NCBI GenBank assembly: GCA_951406725.2
Contig: OX597829.1
Location: 39,122,001-39,186,000, forward strand
Direction: 5' to 3'
DNA length: 64,000 nucleotides
Source of the DNA: Octopus vulgaris
Lineage: Eukaryota
Shown here: in pieces, positions 1 to 16,369 of the stretch
Position numbering within the stretch: the first letter of the stretch is position 1
Layout: the number at the start of each line of letters is the position of its first letter
The notes under the pieces: generated by a model
Database searches by the model: none
Told to the model about the DNA's origin: nothing
Seen by the model: the letters and a program-made list of their open reading frames with translations, nothing else
Program-made: the position numbers and the translations under genes

Positions 1-157
1 ACAGAGTTAAGTAGTGTAGCATGGAAAATAGAAGTTAAATAATGACGATGATGAAAAGTGATTGTAACTTTGAAGTTCCACTGGAGACTAGTAGTTTGAT
101 GAAGCCAACTATGGCAACACTTCAAAATCACCATCAATCCTTTACGTCTAAGTAAAA

Positions 158-540
158 TTGGGGGGGGGGGCTGTTGTGTGTGTGTGGGGGGGTGGTTGTG
201 TGTGTGTGGGTGGGTGGTTGTGTGTGGGTGGGTGGATGGGTGTTGTGTGGGTGGATGGGTGTTGTGTGGGTGGATGGGTGTTGTGTATGGGTGGGTGGGT
301 GTTGTGTGTATGGGTGGGTGGGTGTTGTGTGTATGGGTGGGTGTTGTGTGTATGGTGGGTGTTGTGTGTATGGGTGGGTGTTGGGTGTATGGGTGGGTGT
401 TGGGTGTATGGGTGGGTGTTGGGTGTATGGGTGGGTGTTGGGTGTATGGGTGGGTGTTGGGTGTTGTGTGTATGGGTGGGTGGGTGTTGTGTGTATGGGT
501 GGGTGTTGTGTGAGTGGGTGGGTGCTATGTATGTGTGTGG
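158..540. repeat. G/T-rich compound microsatellite (GGGT/GTGT/GTATGGGT), intronic
   Basis: Degenerate GGGTGGGTGTTGTGTGTAT-type units; explains the three Gly/Val/Cys/Trp ORFs at 158-562. Confidence 0.95.
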
Positions 541-583
541 ACTAATAGTTTACAAAAAATAAGAATTCTTTTTCTTTCCTTAC

Positions 584-730
584 CTCTGGACACTGAAATT
601 TCCCAAATTGTGGTTTCTTTGGAATTGGTTCTTCTGGCAGACTGGAAAACCATCTTCGAATCCATATGTATTGTATAATGAGAGTTAGTATCATACCAGC
701 TAAGGTGGATACTAAAATGGTGACAATCAT
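584..730 (-). CDS. PDZD8: First coding exon of a PDZD8-like ER membrane-contact protein (N-terminal TM anchor); gene continues left of the window
   Basis: ATG at 730 in AAAATG context with an in-frame stop ~75 nt upstream. 49 codons MIVTILVSTLAGMILTLIIQYIWIRRWFSSLPEEPIPKKPQFGKFQCPE end at a phase-0 donor GAG|gtaagg (583-582). Candidate acceptor ttccag at ~780. The pattern ILxSxLxGxxLTLxxQ resembles the recalled PDZD8 N-terminus (human MGLLLMILASAVLGSFLTLLAQ). Identity is from memory and rests on one exon. Confidence 0.65.
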
Positions 731-1947
731 TTTGGAAATACCAACTTCATACCACCGGTCAAAAAAACATGTAATGCTACTGGAAGCTTCCAGTAATATA
801 TTTTAAAATTTCTCACACATAACTTATATTTTTGGACAATCAATTCTACATAGTAGCAATGAAAGACATTGGATATTTTATTTGAGTTTGTTTTCTTTAA
901 TGTGTGTGTGGGTGTGTGTGTTGAGACTAGAGTTTTTTTTTTTTGGCAGAGCTTCTTTGGTTTTTTTTCTCTTTTTGCCCAAATAAAATTACTGATATGT
1001 TCGAGACAGGGTTTTTTTCTTCACGTTTGATGATAAAATGTATTATGCACTTGTGGAAAAATATGGCAATTAGATGAATAATATATGCTTGCTTTGTTTC
1101 TTAGTGGTTTTTAATCTACATTTTTGATAATTCTTTCTCCTTTCTTCTGTTTCTTTGTTTTAGCAAATGTGGGTTACGTATTGTTGTTGTTACTAAAATC
1201 TGAAGAGGATCTAAGCCACAGCCAAGACACATGGCAAACAGGAAGGTGACATTTTCTAAGTAAGATCACAGAATTATCTAAGAATGTTTCATATTTCTTT
1301 CTTCTCATGTTATTAGCAAACAATATAACAGTTACCAGCTTAAGTCTATGGTTTGTTCTAAGTTCTTTTGCCACTTATATTCTTTAAGTGTCTAAAACTG
1401 AATATAAGGTCACAGTCTTTTAATGTGGTTTTCAGGAACTGCTTAACTGATTGCATGACTAATAAATTAAAATGTGGCTTTTTTCCCTTCTTTGCTTTCA
1501 TAAAACTTCAAAATGATTCTCAGAATTTCAACTGGTTTTAATTCCACACTAACTGTTTCGCCAACTGGAAAAAAAAAAAAGAAAAAAAAAAGAAAATTAA
1601 ATATGTGTTCATACAGCCACACATGCATGTTTGTACATATGAGATATAGAGATTGTGTTAAAGTGTCAGGAAATGCATGAAAGGAAGTAGAGAGAGAGAA
1701 TAAGTGTCAATAGGTTTATGTCAGTAAATTTATACCTGACACTTGTTTAACGTAAGAACTATATGCAATAAACTTCAGATGTTTGAGTGAGAGTAATTTT
1801 TATTTATACATTTCATCCTTCAAACAAATTTAGACAGAAACTGTGTTTATGTGCATGTGTGTATTTTTTTTTATTTTTTTTTTTTTATATATACACAGCT
1901 CGTGAGCTGAAACTAGAATCAATCAATCAATCAATCAATCTAACATT

Positions 1948-2222
1948 AGAGTCAGGTCAGGGGACCTCATCACAGGCTGATGAGATTGAGATTTGCTACC
2001 GGAACTTTGTAAACCAGTTGCGGACCACCCAAGCATGAAACAGTACTGACTGGCTCCCTCACTCGAGTAGCAAGCTATTCTTGTGAGGAGTATGTCTGGA
2101 CCACCAAGTAGATCTAAAACCAGGACTTGTTGAGGAGCAGATGAGCTCCTTGTGGGCCAATGGCCACCCAGTTAGTGAAGGCAATGGCAAACCAACCAAA
2201 TATCTCTGCCAAGAAAACACAA
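1948..2222 (+). mobile_element. RTE/BovB-like LINE 5'-UTR fragment
   Basis: GGACCACCCAAG and GAAGGCAATGGCAAACCA...TATCTCTGCCAAGAAAAC resemble recalled BovB/RTE 5' motifs (GGGCCACCCAAG; GGGAATGGCAAACCAC..CTTGCC..GAAC). Follows an (AATC)n run. Confidence 0.55.
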
Positions 2223-2739
2223 TCAGAAAGTCAGATTAAAGTAATTCTGTGACATCAACCAAGAAGAGAATTCATGCTTAATAGGAAGACTTTGCTGTAG
2301 TGTCATCAACGCTTTGTAAAAGCATACATGACAACGGCTACCATTATGAATTTGCCTTAGGCAGATTTTTTTACGGCCTGATGCCCCTTCTATTGCCAAC
2401 CTTCGTCTGTTTCCAAAACACTGCATTATCTTTCCCATGGCTGGACAAGTTTTCATGGAGAATTGGAAGCAAACGACACAGGTTACAACGTAATGGTAAT
2501 ATCCGTTTACTACAATTATGAGAGGGGCATTTTTTCATTTTCCAACTACCAAATCCATGCACATCACTTTACTTCACCCACTACTATATTAAAAGACACT
2601 CCCCTCAGATACCATGCAATGGACTGAATCCAGAAGCATGTGGGTTTTCACAAGTAAACCTCTTAACCACATACTAAACCATATTTGCACTTCACACACA
2701 CACATATACACACAAATTCTTCAATTTTTTTTTACCCAT

Positions 2740-3610
2740 CATAAACCATCAAACTGATGTTTTTAAGAAAGTGGTAATGGAGCAAAACAGGGTCTTCCTT
2801 TTGGGTGACTTCAATGTCCCCAATGTGGGATGGCTCAAGGGCCACATGTTCTCAGAAATAATACATTGCCAACAAGAACAAATGGAGTACCTGCTGAAAC
2901 ATATCAATACATCAATCATGGTGAAAATTGTACTCTAACTAACCAGAGAAAATAATATAATGGATTTCTGATTTGCAAACTATGGATATCATCCATAATG
3001 AGAAAGTGATATCGACGGTAGTCAAGAATCATAATATAACAGAACTGTCTCTGTATGGGCCAAGGGCAGCTAGAGACATGCAGCCTATGTGAAGGACCCG
3101 AAATCTCTTCTGGCCAAACTTTCATAAAGTAAATTAGAAATCAACACAGAAAGAGATCCTAAAACAAGACTAACCTAAATATCTCTCCACACCAGACAGT
3201 GATATGAAACAAACATTTCCAGTCCATAATGCAAGACCTGTCCCAGATTGCAAGGCCAACACACACACAAGAAAGAAGCTTTCTTTAACTTTGCCAAAGA
3301 AATGGCCTCAATACTCAAGATAAGAGCACCTCTTTCAAAATGACAGCTCCCCCACAGGAAACCCAATGAGAAGAAGTGAAATACTGAACAAGTAGTTCCA
3401 AACTGTTTTGACTATTCCTTTAAGACACAGGCAAGTGAACAAAACAGATAGAATCCTTTACCACTTCACTTTTAACCAAGAAGGCAATAGAAATTGATTA
3501 CATCACCATTAAAAAATGTTATACTGACCATAGATGAGGCAGATGGAAACTCAGCTGCTGGCCCTGATTGATACCCAGCAATCCTTCCCAAATCATGCAA
3601 ACAAGCCCTA
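2740..3610 (+). mobile_element. Decayed CR1/L2-group LINE, APE endonuclease to pre-RT linker
   Basis: RVFLLGDFNVPNVGW (~2790-2835), TRENNIMD-like motif (~2940) and SAAGPD (~3552); stops and frameshifts. Confidence 0.7.
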
Positions 3611-3810
3611 TGTGATTCTCAACGGTAAGATTTTCAAAATTCATCCACGATAATTCAGCATCAAACTGATCCAAATTAAAGTTTCAAAAGCCCAAGCCAT
3701 GAAAACAAAACATCATCAGAAGAGAGAAACAAAGAAACAATAAAATGTTATAAAAGACCAGGCTTTGAGAGGACAGAATATATCTCTTAATATTGAAGTC
3801 TGAGCATTCT

Positions 3811-4044
3811 TATTTCTTTATTGCCCACATGGGGCTAAACACAGAGGGGACAAACAAGGACAGACAAAGGGATTAAGTCGATTACATCGACCCCAGTGCG
3901 TAACTGGTACTTAATTTATCAACCTCGAAAGGATGAAAGGCAAAGTCGACCTCGGCGGAATTTGAACTCAGAACATAATGGCAGATGAAATACGGCAACG
4001 CATTTCGCCCGGTGTGATAACGTTTCTGCCAGCTCACCGACTTA
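3811..4044 (-). mobile_element. SINE family A (GGCGGCGAGCTGGCAGAA head; GCCTTTCATCCTTTCGGGGTCGATAAATTAAGTACCAG core)
   Basis: 17-bp TSD TGAAGTCTGAGCATTCT (3794-3810 / 4045-4061); many similar copies in the window. Confidence 0.9.
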
Positions 4045-4077
4045 TGAAGTCTGAGCATTCTGTATAAAGATGAGAGT

Positions 4078-4461
4078 GGAGGTGCAATGGCCCAGTGGTT
4101 AGGGCAGCGGACTCACGGTCATAGGATCGCGGTTTCAGTTCCCAGACCGGGCGTTGTGAGTGTTTATTGAGCGAAAACACCTAAAAGCTCCACGAGGCTC
4201 CGGCAGGGGATGGTGGTGATCCCTGCTGTACTCTTTCACCACAACTTTCTCTCACTCTTACTTCCTGTTTCTGTTGTACCTGTATTTTCAAAGGGCTGGC
4301 CTTGTCACTCTGTGTCACGCTGAATATCCCCGAGAACTACGTTAAGGGTACACGTGTCTATGGAGTGCCCAGCCACTTACATGTTAATTTCACGAGCAGG
4401 CTGTTCCGTTGATTCGGATCAACCGGAACCCTCATCGTCGTAACTGACGGAGTGCTTCCAC
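4078..4461 (+). mobile_element. tRNA-derived SINE (octopus OR-type-like)
   Basis: A box TGGCCCAGTGG, B-box-like GGTTTCAGTTCC; TSD ATAAAGATGAGA (4064 / 4462); related copy at 35825. Confidence 0.85.
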
Positions 4462-4683
4462 ATAAAGATGAGAAGATGACAATCCTCTGTATAACTTTTG
4501 GATACTGGATATTGAGACACAAGATTCACATTCCTGTGTCAGTATTAAATCCCAATTTTAATGAAACAAATATTTCAAAAACATTCTGTTCATTTCAACA
4601 TTTTACCAAACAGCTAAACTAAAGACTAAAAGACTAAAGAAAATCACTACATACATTGAGATCTTTTCCTATAATCATCGTTT

Positions 4684-4715
<32 letters not shown>

Positions 4716-5190
4716 GACACACAAATATACATATAGCACCTTAGTAAAGCAACTAACATTGAGGATACAGCCCCAACACATCTTCAACACTACCTCATAA
4801 CCCCTGGCATGAAAACACCTTCGTCAATACTACTTCTCTCAATTAAGGAATCTTTATTTCTCATGATTCAATACACATCCACCTGAAGTCAACATCAAAC
4901 AATGCTCTCAATCTCACTGAGAGGAGAAGCTACCAAAAGAACCGAGCTCAGATAAGCAGCATCGTTACAACAGCATAATACAAAAAAAACACATTAAAAG
5001 GTTTGCAATGTCAACTAGCATCAAATCAGCTGCATGAGACTTTTAGATATAAAAGGAAATCATGCAGGTTTTTTTACCAACAAACAACTGTTACGAGACA
5101 TACAGACCAAGCACGCTAACACAAGTGAGTATTGAGACCTTAGCATTTTTACACAGAAGTGTACAGACTAATGTGTATATACTCACACAT

Positions 5191-5225
<35 letters not shown>

Positions 5226-5254
5226 CATATATGTGTGTGTACATATTACATGTA

Positions 5255-5588
5255 AAGGGTAAAGACCCCCTTCGGTCATGAGTGACCATGGGATTGCACC
5301 TAGAAAGTTACCCTCCTAGACACAAGTCCGGGCAAGGTTGTTTATGGAAGACCAGCAGTCGCCCATGCATACCAGCCTCCCCTTTCCACGCCACCAATGT
5401 TATCCAAGGGAAAGATAAAGGTCGATACAGCTTGGCACCAGTGACGTCGCAACTCATTTCTACAGCTGAGTGAACTGGAGCAACGTGAAATAAAGTGCCT
5501 TGCTCAAGAACACAACACGCAGCCCGGTCCGGGATTCGAGCTCACAACCTCACGATCGTAAGCTCGATGCTCTAACCACTGAGCCATA
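5255..5588 (-). mobile_element. tRNA-derived SINE (TGGCTCAGTGGTTAGAGC head, CTTGAGCAAGGCACTT body)
   Basis: Pol III A/B boxes on the minus strand; flanking repeat ATATTACATGTA. Confidence 0.85.
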
Positions 5589-6379
5589 TTACATGTATAT
5601 ATTACATGTATATCTATATAAATACATCTACACATAAAATACAAAATTATATCTTGATATCGTTAGTGATAACAATGCTCAAAATATATAACAGACTGGA
5701 ACTGTTAGCCCGTCTCTTGTAATTTCGATCAATTGTATCTTGTCCTCCCTCTTGTATAGAAGTGTGGCTACAATCCAGCCTACCTCTACTTCTAGGGGTG
5801 GGGGGCATTAAAAATTTTTTTCACAGGACATCCTAAGTCCCAGATATAAAGGTGAAAATAAAATATTTCCACTTTGCAAGTTTGAGTCGAGTACTCCCTT
5901 GCATGCACCATTGACTCGAACCTTGCTTCTATTGTGGCGAATTTATCGCCTCTGATTAGATACCTTTCATAGTCGCACCAAGACACTTTTCGAAGGTGCT
6001 TTCCTCCATGTGTTCAAATCTTTTTTCTCTACATTGTATACTTTATAGACAATAGTCTTTTCTTTAATTTAATTTTTTATTATCCATCTGGACTATTCCA
6101 TTTCTGTACACTAATTATATTTTAAATTTATTCCCATTCATGTGAAACCACTTATTCAAGTTCAAATCATTGATGCAATTTTATACCAATTGCTATTTTT
6201 ACTTTTGTATGTTATGATTATATTATACTTTAGTTTGATTTTAATTATTACTTACTACATATAATTCAATTATTATTTTTATTGTTAAAGTGAAAGCATC
6301 TGACATAAAATAGAGAAATATTTTTGTTTCACTTTTTTTTGTATTTGATAAAATGTTTATGAAAATATATATTACTTGG

Positions 6380-6610
6380 AAGTTGATGTGGAAGTAACAC
6401 GTAATACTGAAATAGTGGAGAAGATATGATATTGCTATGGGCTCACTCTAGGCAAGAAGTTGAACATTTTTTTTTTTTTGCCCATGAAACTACAAGGACC
6501 CTAAGTAAGGCATGTGTAAAATTTGAATGAAATTGGTTGTGTAGTTCTCAAGTTTTAGGAAAACACAGACAGACAGACACACATTCTCAGTTTTATATAT
6601 ATAAAGATAT
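6380..6610 (+). mobile_element. Non-autonomous Helitron/Helentron-like terminus
   Basis: AAATTTGAATGAAATTGG...(ACAG)n..TTTTATATATA..GAT architecture; similar end at ~31940-32140. Confidence 0.4.
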
Positions 6611-7712
6611 ATATATATATGTGTGTGTGTGTGTGTATGTATATATATATAAATATGTGTGTACATGTATGTTTGTATATAAAGTTAATCCAAACATGTA
6701 AACACAAAGAGAAAACAACGCAAGGACGTAGAACAAGTAGTGTTATTGGATGCTCAGGAAAGGAAAGAAAGGAGGATTTAACGTTTCAAGCAGAGCATGT
6801 GTGCTTGTATGTGCATATGTATGTATACATATACACATTCATATTTTTATTTACTTCACAGATTTTGCCTTTTCGTTGAGTATGTAGTTGTCCCTGGTGA
6901 GGGAGGAGAAGTTTTATCACTCAACACATTCAAAATTGCACACATATCTTATGGTAAAGTAAAAACTTCAGTGTACATCTTAATCAGTGACACATTGTCT
7001 TTACTTCCACATCAACTTCCAAGTAATATATATTTTCATAAACATTTTATCAAATACTATGGTAAATAGCACAATTACTAGTTACTTGTAACCTTTATAG
7101 GTGCAGGAGTGGCTGTGTAGTAAGTAGCTTGTTTACCAACCACATGGTTCTGGGTTCAGTCCAACTGCGTAGCACCTTTTCCAATTAAAGTTGGATGTAG
7201 AGGATTTGTTGGGCACAGTTTGAGGTGACTTGTTATCACTAGGCCTAACTTATCGTAAAGCAAACACCACGAGTGATAGCCAAACTATAGTGGAAAAGGC
7301 TAGCCATTGGATTTGGTTAAAAAGGAGACGATGAACAATGGCTAGAAGAATATTGAGCTTTATTTGATAACCAGTTGATCTAGCAAGCGGGGCCTCATAT
7401 TAGTGGGGTGGGGCCAGTGTGCAATGATGCCATTGATAGGTAGGAACCAAAATGGCATGCATTCTCTCCTAATGACTCCATTTCTGTGAATTGATTTTTA
7501 AAAAAATTTTCCCAGCTGGTTTGCACACTATGGCAACACCTTTGTTAGGTTTTCATTATTCTGTGTAACGCCCTTTCTTTTTTACTTCAGATTCTTCAAA
7601 TAAAACACAATATTAGATTGAATTATTAAAACTGAGAGTGTACACTATCAAAAATACAAGTACATAGGCAAGTGTATATGTATGTGTGTGCGTGTGTGTA
7701 TATATATATATA

Positions 7713-7937
7713 TCTCTTTACTACCCACAAGGGGCTAAACACAGAGGAGACAAACAAGGACAGACAAAGGGATTAAGTCGATTACATCGACCCCAGTGCA
7801 TAACTGGTACTTAATTTATCGACCCCGAAAGGATGAAAGGCAAAGTCGACCTCGGCGGAATTTGAACTCAGAACGTAACAGCAGACGAAATACAGCAACG
7901 CATTTCGCCCGGCGTGCTAACATTTCTGCCAGCTCAC

Positions 7938-7938
<1 letters not shown>
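7713..7938 (-). mobile_element. SINE family A
   Basis: Near-identical to 3811-4044; embedded in (TA)n. Confidence 0.9.
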
Positions 7939-7996
<58 letters not shown>

Positions 7997-8849
7997 GACA
8001 AGTTTCTTAACAGACAGACAAGGGGTTTATATCTTTCTATCACATGCAGTGTTATACATTAATAGAATAAGGATAACAATGAAATAAAGACAATGCACCA
8101 GTAATTTATTAATACTACTGGGAAAAAGACTAAGCTATTTTGGCCAACACTGTAGCACATTTTCTTCCACCCCTTTCTGTTGTTCATGTGGCAACCACAC
8201 CAACCATGTAGCAACCGATGTTTTATTTCTCATACAAACATACATACATACACACACACGAAATAGTTTTAAGACAAAGTTGTGAGTGCATATATGAGCA
8301 TGAGCGCAGCAAAGCCCAAACAAGAAAAAAAAAGAGAGAGAGAGAGAGAGAGAAGTGGAATGAGAAAGGGGGTGTCGAGAGAGCCCAGGATCTGTTAGCC
8401 ACTCAGTAATGAAGCTACAGCAATGCTATTGTAAAATGTTGAGTTTTGAATTAATAATAAACTGAATTGCACGTGTTAATTTACTCAAACTTTTGTGTGA
8501 AAACGTTTTCACACCATACGTAGCTTCAAATATTAAATAAAAATCAAGAATGGACACTAACAAGTTAGTGGTGAAATACAATGTTTGAGAAGAAGGGAAA
8601 AAAAAAATCCTCATTGTTTAACATTCATCTTCCATGCATTGGTAAGAAAAATAATAAAAAAGACATAAGACTTAGAATAATATATAACATTTACTGCAGA
8701 AAGCAAATGAATTAATGATGTAAAACACAGCTGAACAAATACTTTTTTTTAAAAATGCTAACTTTATTTAAGTAACTAATCATTGATTTACGGAGATGTA
8801 CTTGCATAGCAAGTGACTTGATCTGAGATCGCGTGCTGGAACGAAAACA

Positions 8850-9096
8850 ATTGCAGTGTGGAAGGTGTTTATAAGCCATTTAAGAAACACACAAAAACCG
8901 TTAGATTCACTTCAACATTTAAATTTAATTTGTCAAAATATTTTCGGCGCTTTGAGATGCAGCGCGAAGTTTTGTCAGTGAACAGGTCGCGGTATCAAAG
9001 CGACGAAAATATTTTGACAAATTAAATTTAAATGAAGTGAATCTAACGGTTTTGTTTGTTTCTTAAATGGCTTATAAACACCTTCCACGCTGCAAT
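8850..9096. mobile_element. Palindromic foldback/MITE with ~105-bp inverted arms
   Basis: ATTGCAGTGTGGAAGGTGTTTATAAGCCATTTAAGAAAC... matches the reverse complement of ...GTTTCTTAAATGGCTTATAAACACCTTCCACGCTGCAAT. Confidence 0.85.
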
Positions 9097-9220
9097 CTTT
9101 GTTATACTATAGCCTTACTATATCTGCAAAAGATCCATCCACGAACAAATAAGGAAACTATGTAGTCATTTGACTTGCAAAAATAGCAATCAATTCTCCC
9201 TCAAATCATACCCAAAAGTC

Positions 9221-9447
9221 TTAACCCTTTCGTTACTGTATTTATTTTGAGATGCTGTGTTTCTTTCAATTATCTTAAATATAACAAAGAATTTAGTAAA
9301 ATAACTTAGTTATCATTAAGCTAGTGTTAGGAACATAAATTGTGACTAAGGTTTGGTGGAAGATTTTAATTCAGAACTTTTGAAAACAAGACATTTGTAC
9401 TCAGAGGCAGAGCCAGTTTCAGCCGTGTTTGGTAACGAAAGGGTTAA
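9221..9447. mobile_element. piggyBac-like MITE (TTAA TSD, CCCTTTCGTTAC TIR)
   Basis: TTAA-CCCTTTCGTTAC...GTAACGAAAGGG-TTAA; copies at 10250-10453 and, inverted, at 53584-53811. Confidence 0.85.
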
Positions 9448-9676
9448 AAGAAATGAAACAAACAAAAAATAAGAGGAAACAAAGGAAATATTAGTACAAT
9501 CCTAAAATACAATGTGTAGACGGGATTGTCGTGAGATATATTTTTGACAATATGCTTACTCAAAGCTGACATCTGGGAATCAAAAGAGGAACAGATTTAT
9601 TCCAATCCTGACAACATGAGCAAGGAGCAACAGTAACGTCAATGACAGAAATAGATACTGTTTGAAAATATTTCAA

Positions 9677-10102
9677 AGGCGCAGGAGCGGTTGTGTGGTA
9701 AGTAGCTTGCTAACCAACCACATGGTTCCAGGTTCAGTCCCATTGCATGGCATCTTGGGCAAGTGTCTTCTGCTATAGCCCCAGGCCGACCAATGCCTTG
9801 TGAGTGGATTTGGTAGACGGAAACTGAAAGAAGCGTGCGTGTCGTGCGTATGTATATATATATATATGCGTATATATGTGTGTGTGTTGTGTGTCTGTGT
9901 TTGTCCCCCTAGCATTGCTTGACAACCGATGCTGGTGTTTACGTCCCCGTCACTTAGCGGTTCGGCAATAGAGACCGATAGAATAAGTACTGGGCTTACA
10001 AAGAATAAAGTCCCGGGGTCGATTTGCTCGACTAAAGGCGGTGCTCCAGCATGGCCGCAGTCAAATGACTGAAACAATTAAAAGAGTAAAAGAGTAAAGA
10101 GT
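9677..10102 (+). mobile_element. SINE family B (GGCGCAGGAGTGGCTGTGTGGTAAG head, internal TA/TG microsatellite)
   Basis: tRNA-like head with GGTTCAGTCCC B box, (AAGAGTA)n tail; many copies in the window. Confidence 0.9.
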
Positions 10103-10249
10103 ATCATCCATCTTGTACTATATCTGTATTAAAATTTATCCAGAATACTATTTTTTATTGGTCAATGAACTTGAAACATAAAAAAAAAGAAAAAAAAAAA
10201 AAGAAAAAAAAAAAAAGCAGAGATATCAATGCTTTAGTCCAAATGAAGA

Positions 10250-10453
10250 TTAACCCTTTCGTTACTGTATTTTGAGATGCTCTGTGCTTCTTTCAATCAC
10301 TTTAAATATAACAAAGAATTTAGTAAAATAACTTAGTTATCATTCAGCTAGTGTTAGGTTTGGTGGAAGATCTTAATTCAAAACTTAAGAAAACAAGACA
10401 TTTGTACTGAGAGCCAGAGCCGGTTTCAGCTGGGTTGGTAACAAAAGGGTTAA
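10250..10453. mobile_element. piggyBac-like TTAA MITE
   Basis: Same family as 9221-9447 with a small internal deletion. Confidence 0.85.
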
Positions 10454-10904
10454 AGAGCTTGTGTATTTATTTAACAAAAAGCAAAAAAAAAAAAAAAAAA
10501 TTACCATCCCTAAATATAACATTTCAACAGATGATTTCACATCAGGAATCTTGCAAAAAAAAAAAAATCTAACAGGCTAGCAAGATGTTGAATAACATTA
10601 TAAATGCTTCATATGTACAAAAAGGGAAGAAAAACCAATCCCTAAACTCAACTGCAATGATGCACTGACCCAATTTGTTCTGAAGGCTCAAATCCTTCCA
10701 AAATCCCTATATATATAACAGATGAAAGGCAGAAGACAAAATATACAAGAATAATATTAATCACAGCAATTGTTTTGACACATCTAGCATTGACTCCACT
10801 TGTGGGACACACAAAAACTGATTCAAGAGTATCGTCAAAGTGACTGTTCCATAATGCAATTTTCCATTTTGTAGAGAGAAAAACAGCCAGACGGAGGGAA
10901 ATTC

Positions 10905-10944
<40 letters not shown>

Positions 10945-10946
<2 letters not shown>

Positions 10947-11101
10947 CGTGGCCGTCTGGCAGCCTCGTCTGGCACCTGTGTCGGTGGCACATAAAAAACA
11001 CCATCCGAGCGTGGCCGTTCGCCAGCCTCGTCTGGCACCTGTGTCGGTGGCACATAAAATCACCCACTACACTCTTGGAGTGGTTGGCGTTAGGAAGGGC
11101 A
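10945..11101 (+). mobile_element. SINE family C internal fragment (tandem GCCTCGTCTGGCACCTGTGTCGGTGGCACAT units)
   Basis: Reverse complement of part of the 19098-19410 copy. Confidence 0.8.
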
Positions 11102-11624
11102 ATAAATATATATATATATATATATAAATATATATATATAAGATCCAAAAATAAAATTGCAGAAGACAAAAAGAGAAACGAACACATAATCCAGCTAGGA
11201 AAGTATTGAAAATAACCGTTAACAGATATGTATGTATAAATGCCCTCGGGCAAGCTGCATGGCACGAGTACATACGCTCATACAAGCATTAGCAAAAATG
11301 TGAGCATGCGCACACGTGAGGTTAGGTGTACCCGTGATTACAAAGCAAGTTAGATATTTAGGTGTTTAGAAGAACAGAGAGGTTTAAAATAAATTTAAGT
11401 CAACCATACCTTAAAAGTAAAATAAAATTACTAAATTTAATAAAATTACTTAATTTATCAACCCTGAAAGGATGAAAGGCAAAGTCGACCTTGGCGGAAT
11501 TTGAACACAGAACGTAACGGCAGACGAAATACAGTTACGCATTTCGCTCGGCATGCTAACGTTTCTGCCAACTCACCACCTTGAAAGTAGAATAAAATTA
11601 CACTAAGTTAACGGTTACTCAAAA

Positions 11625-11990
11625 TTAATTCTTACTGCATTGTGCTAAAGTACATTTATATGCATGTAGGCATCTCAATAGTCCTTCAGAAACTCTATTA
11701 AGTATCTTTTCATTAGTACACAGCCTGGAAATCACACTGTATGATTTTGCATGTCTAACTATGGAACATGTAATGTAATATTTCCTATTAGCCTCCTTCA
11801 GTCGCCATATAAAATCTGCAAGAGATGTCGAATGCCTCATTGATTGACCTAAAGCTGGCAACATGATTACGATAACGTTTCTTAAATGAATCAGCCATCT
11901 GCCCAATGTAAACATAGGGCCCTCCTCTTGTGTGCACAGTACAATTAATATATACAAGATTTTACTCATACTTTTAAAACTACTCAATAT
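11625..11990 (-). mobile_element. Penelope-like element GIY-YIG endonuclease C-terminal fragment
   Basis: RHSTSLADFIWRLKEANRKYYITCSIVRHAKSYS..LCTNEK..LNRVSE.L.RCLH fits the PLE pattern ST.LS..IW.LK..W.I..Y..C.LC..EK..LN.R.E..C.H. Confidence 0.75.
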
Positions 11991-12944
11991 AGACCAAGCT
12001 GTATTACAATATCTTCAAAAGTGTCTAAGGCGACATCTGTATAGTCATACAAGCTGGTACTGCTAGTCACTAACATTGTAAAAAGCATGGCACACTGGCT
12101 AATGTAATCCCAGATATGCAATGCCAAAAGAATGACGGGATAGCCACAGTTGGATTACATTTGATAAGTCTACTCAGTAATAGCTGCTTGAACTTAGACA
12201 ACTAAAATGTTGATCAAAAATCTAGTAATCTACACATATGAAATATAGCCAAACTTCACTTCCAAAAATTTCTTCAGGTTTAATTCCATTGCAGAACAAA
12301 CATCTTGCACAAGTCTTGTCCACCTCGACGCTGGAGTGCCCAAAATGTCCCTTAGTGGGTGCTAGATAGTTTATTACCTAATTAAACTGAAAATGTTCAA
12401 TGTATCCATTTTTATAAGATTGGTATTCCCCTTTTTAAGATAAGGTATAATTTTATAGAAATTTAATTACTATTTCCAGCAGGATGAGAAGGTGCCTTGT
12501 TGACTTGTGTGGAGGCATGTAAAATAGTTGCATGAAAGAATTCCAAGAGTGAGTCTACCAATTGCTTCATTCAGTATATAACATACATGCAATCTAAAGA
12601 TGTTACTTGACTTGCTAGAAATAATTACCAAGTCCTCCTTAAAAAACATACTACAACCTTAATAGGACACTTTGAATGATGTAGTCCTAGGTTCCCTAGG
12701 GACTGTCAAGGTTGAAATGCTTTTAACTACAAACCTCAACTAGAGCTGACCTTCAAGCAACCACAAAAAGAAAAACAGATACAAGTATGTGGTGTTTTTA
12801 AACAATTTGCTAGTCATGTTACTTTCATAGTAAAAAGTATGAAAATATTTAGAATCTGGAGAGATCCCAAACATTCTTTCACAAGATTGTTATCAGTAGA
12901 ATTACGGAAAAAAGAAAAGAATATGAAGACATCTTTTCTTTAGT

Positions 12945-15962
<3,018 letters not shown>

Positions 15963-16369
15963 GAGGAAAACATTGAAACTTGAACAACTAGGCAGAAGCT
16001 AATGTCTGGCTGATAGACTTTCATAGAGGAGACCAGGAGAGTGCAGAAGCTAGAATGGGATCAGAACAGTGACAGAAAACAGTTTGTTACAGAGTGTTTT
16101 GGCCTTACATGCTTCATGGAATATTGAGAGCCTACGAATTAACAAGCATCAAGGAACTCTAGAGAATTCTCATGCTTCACATGGAAATCATGAGATGAGA
16201 GTTGAATCAGCTCGCAGTCATTAAAAGGGGTGATACCGCTATGTACAACAAAATGCTAGCAACTGTACAGTGAGCAACTGTACAACTTAGAAGTGAGCTG
16301 TGTAATATTGCAGTTACAAACATTAAGCATGTTTTCTGTAACAGCATATAACGATAAGGCTGACATCCG

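Noticed and set aside
1164-1250. Possible plus-strand exon (polypyrimidine-TAG...AAG|GTGAC)
   Set aside because: No recognisable protein, weak donor and no partner exons; cannot be supported.
1963-1990. CTGATGAG as a hammerhead core
   Set aside because: It pairs with the upstream CTCATCA in a local hairpin and no compatible GAAA and stems follow.
11200-11300. Decayed hammerhead downstream of the minus-strand GIY-YIG fragment
   Set aside because: Only a UGUAUGA-like string and a possible stem are present; no GAAA core.
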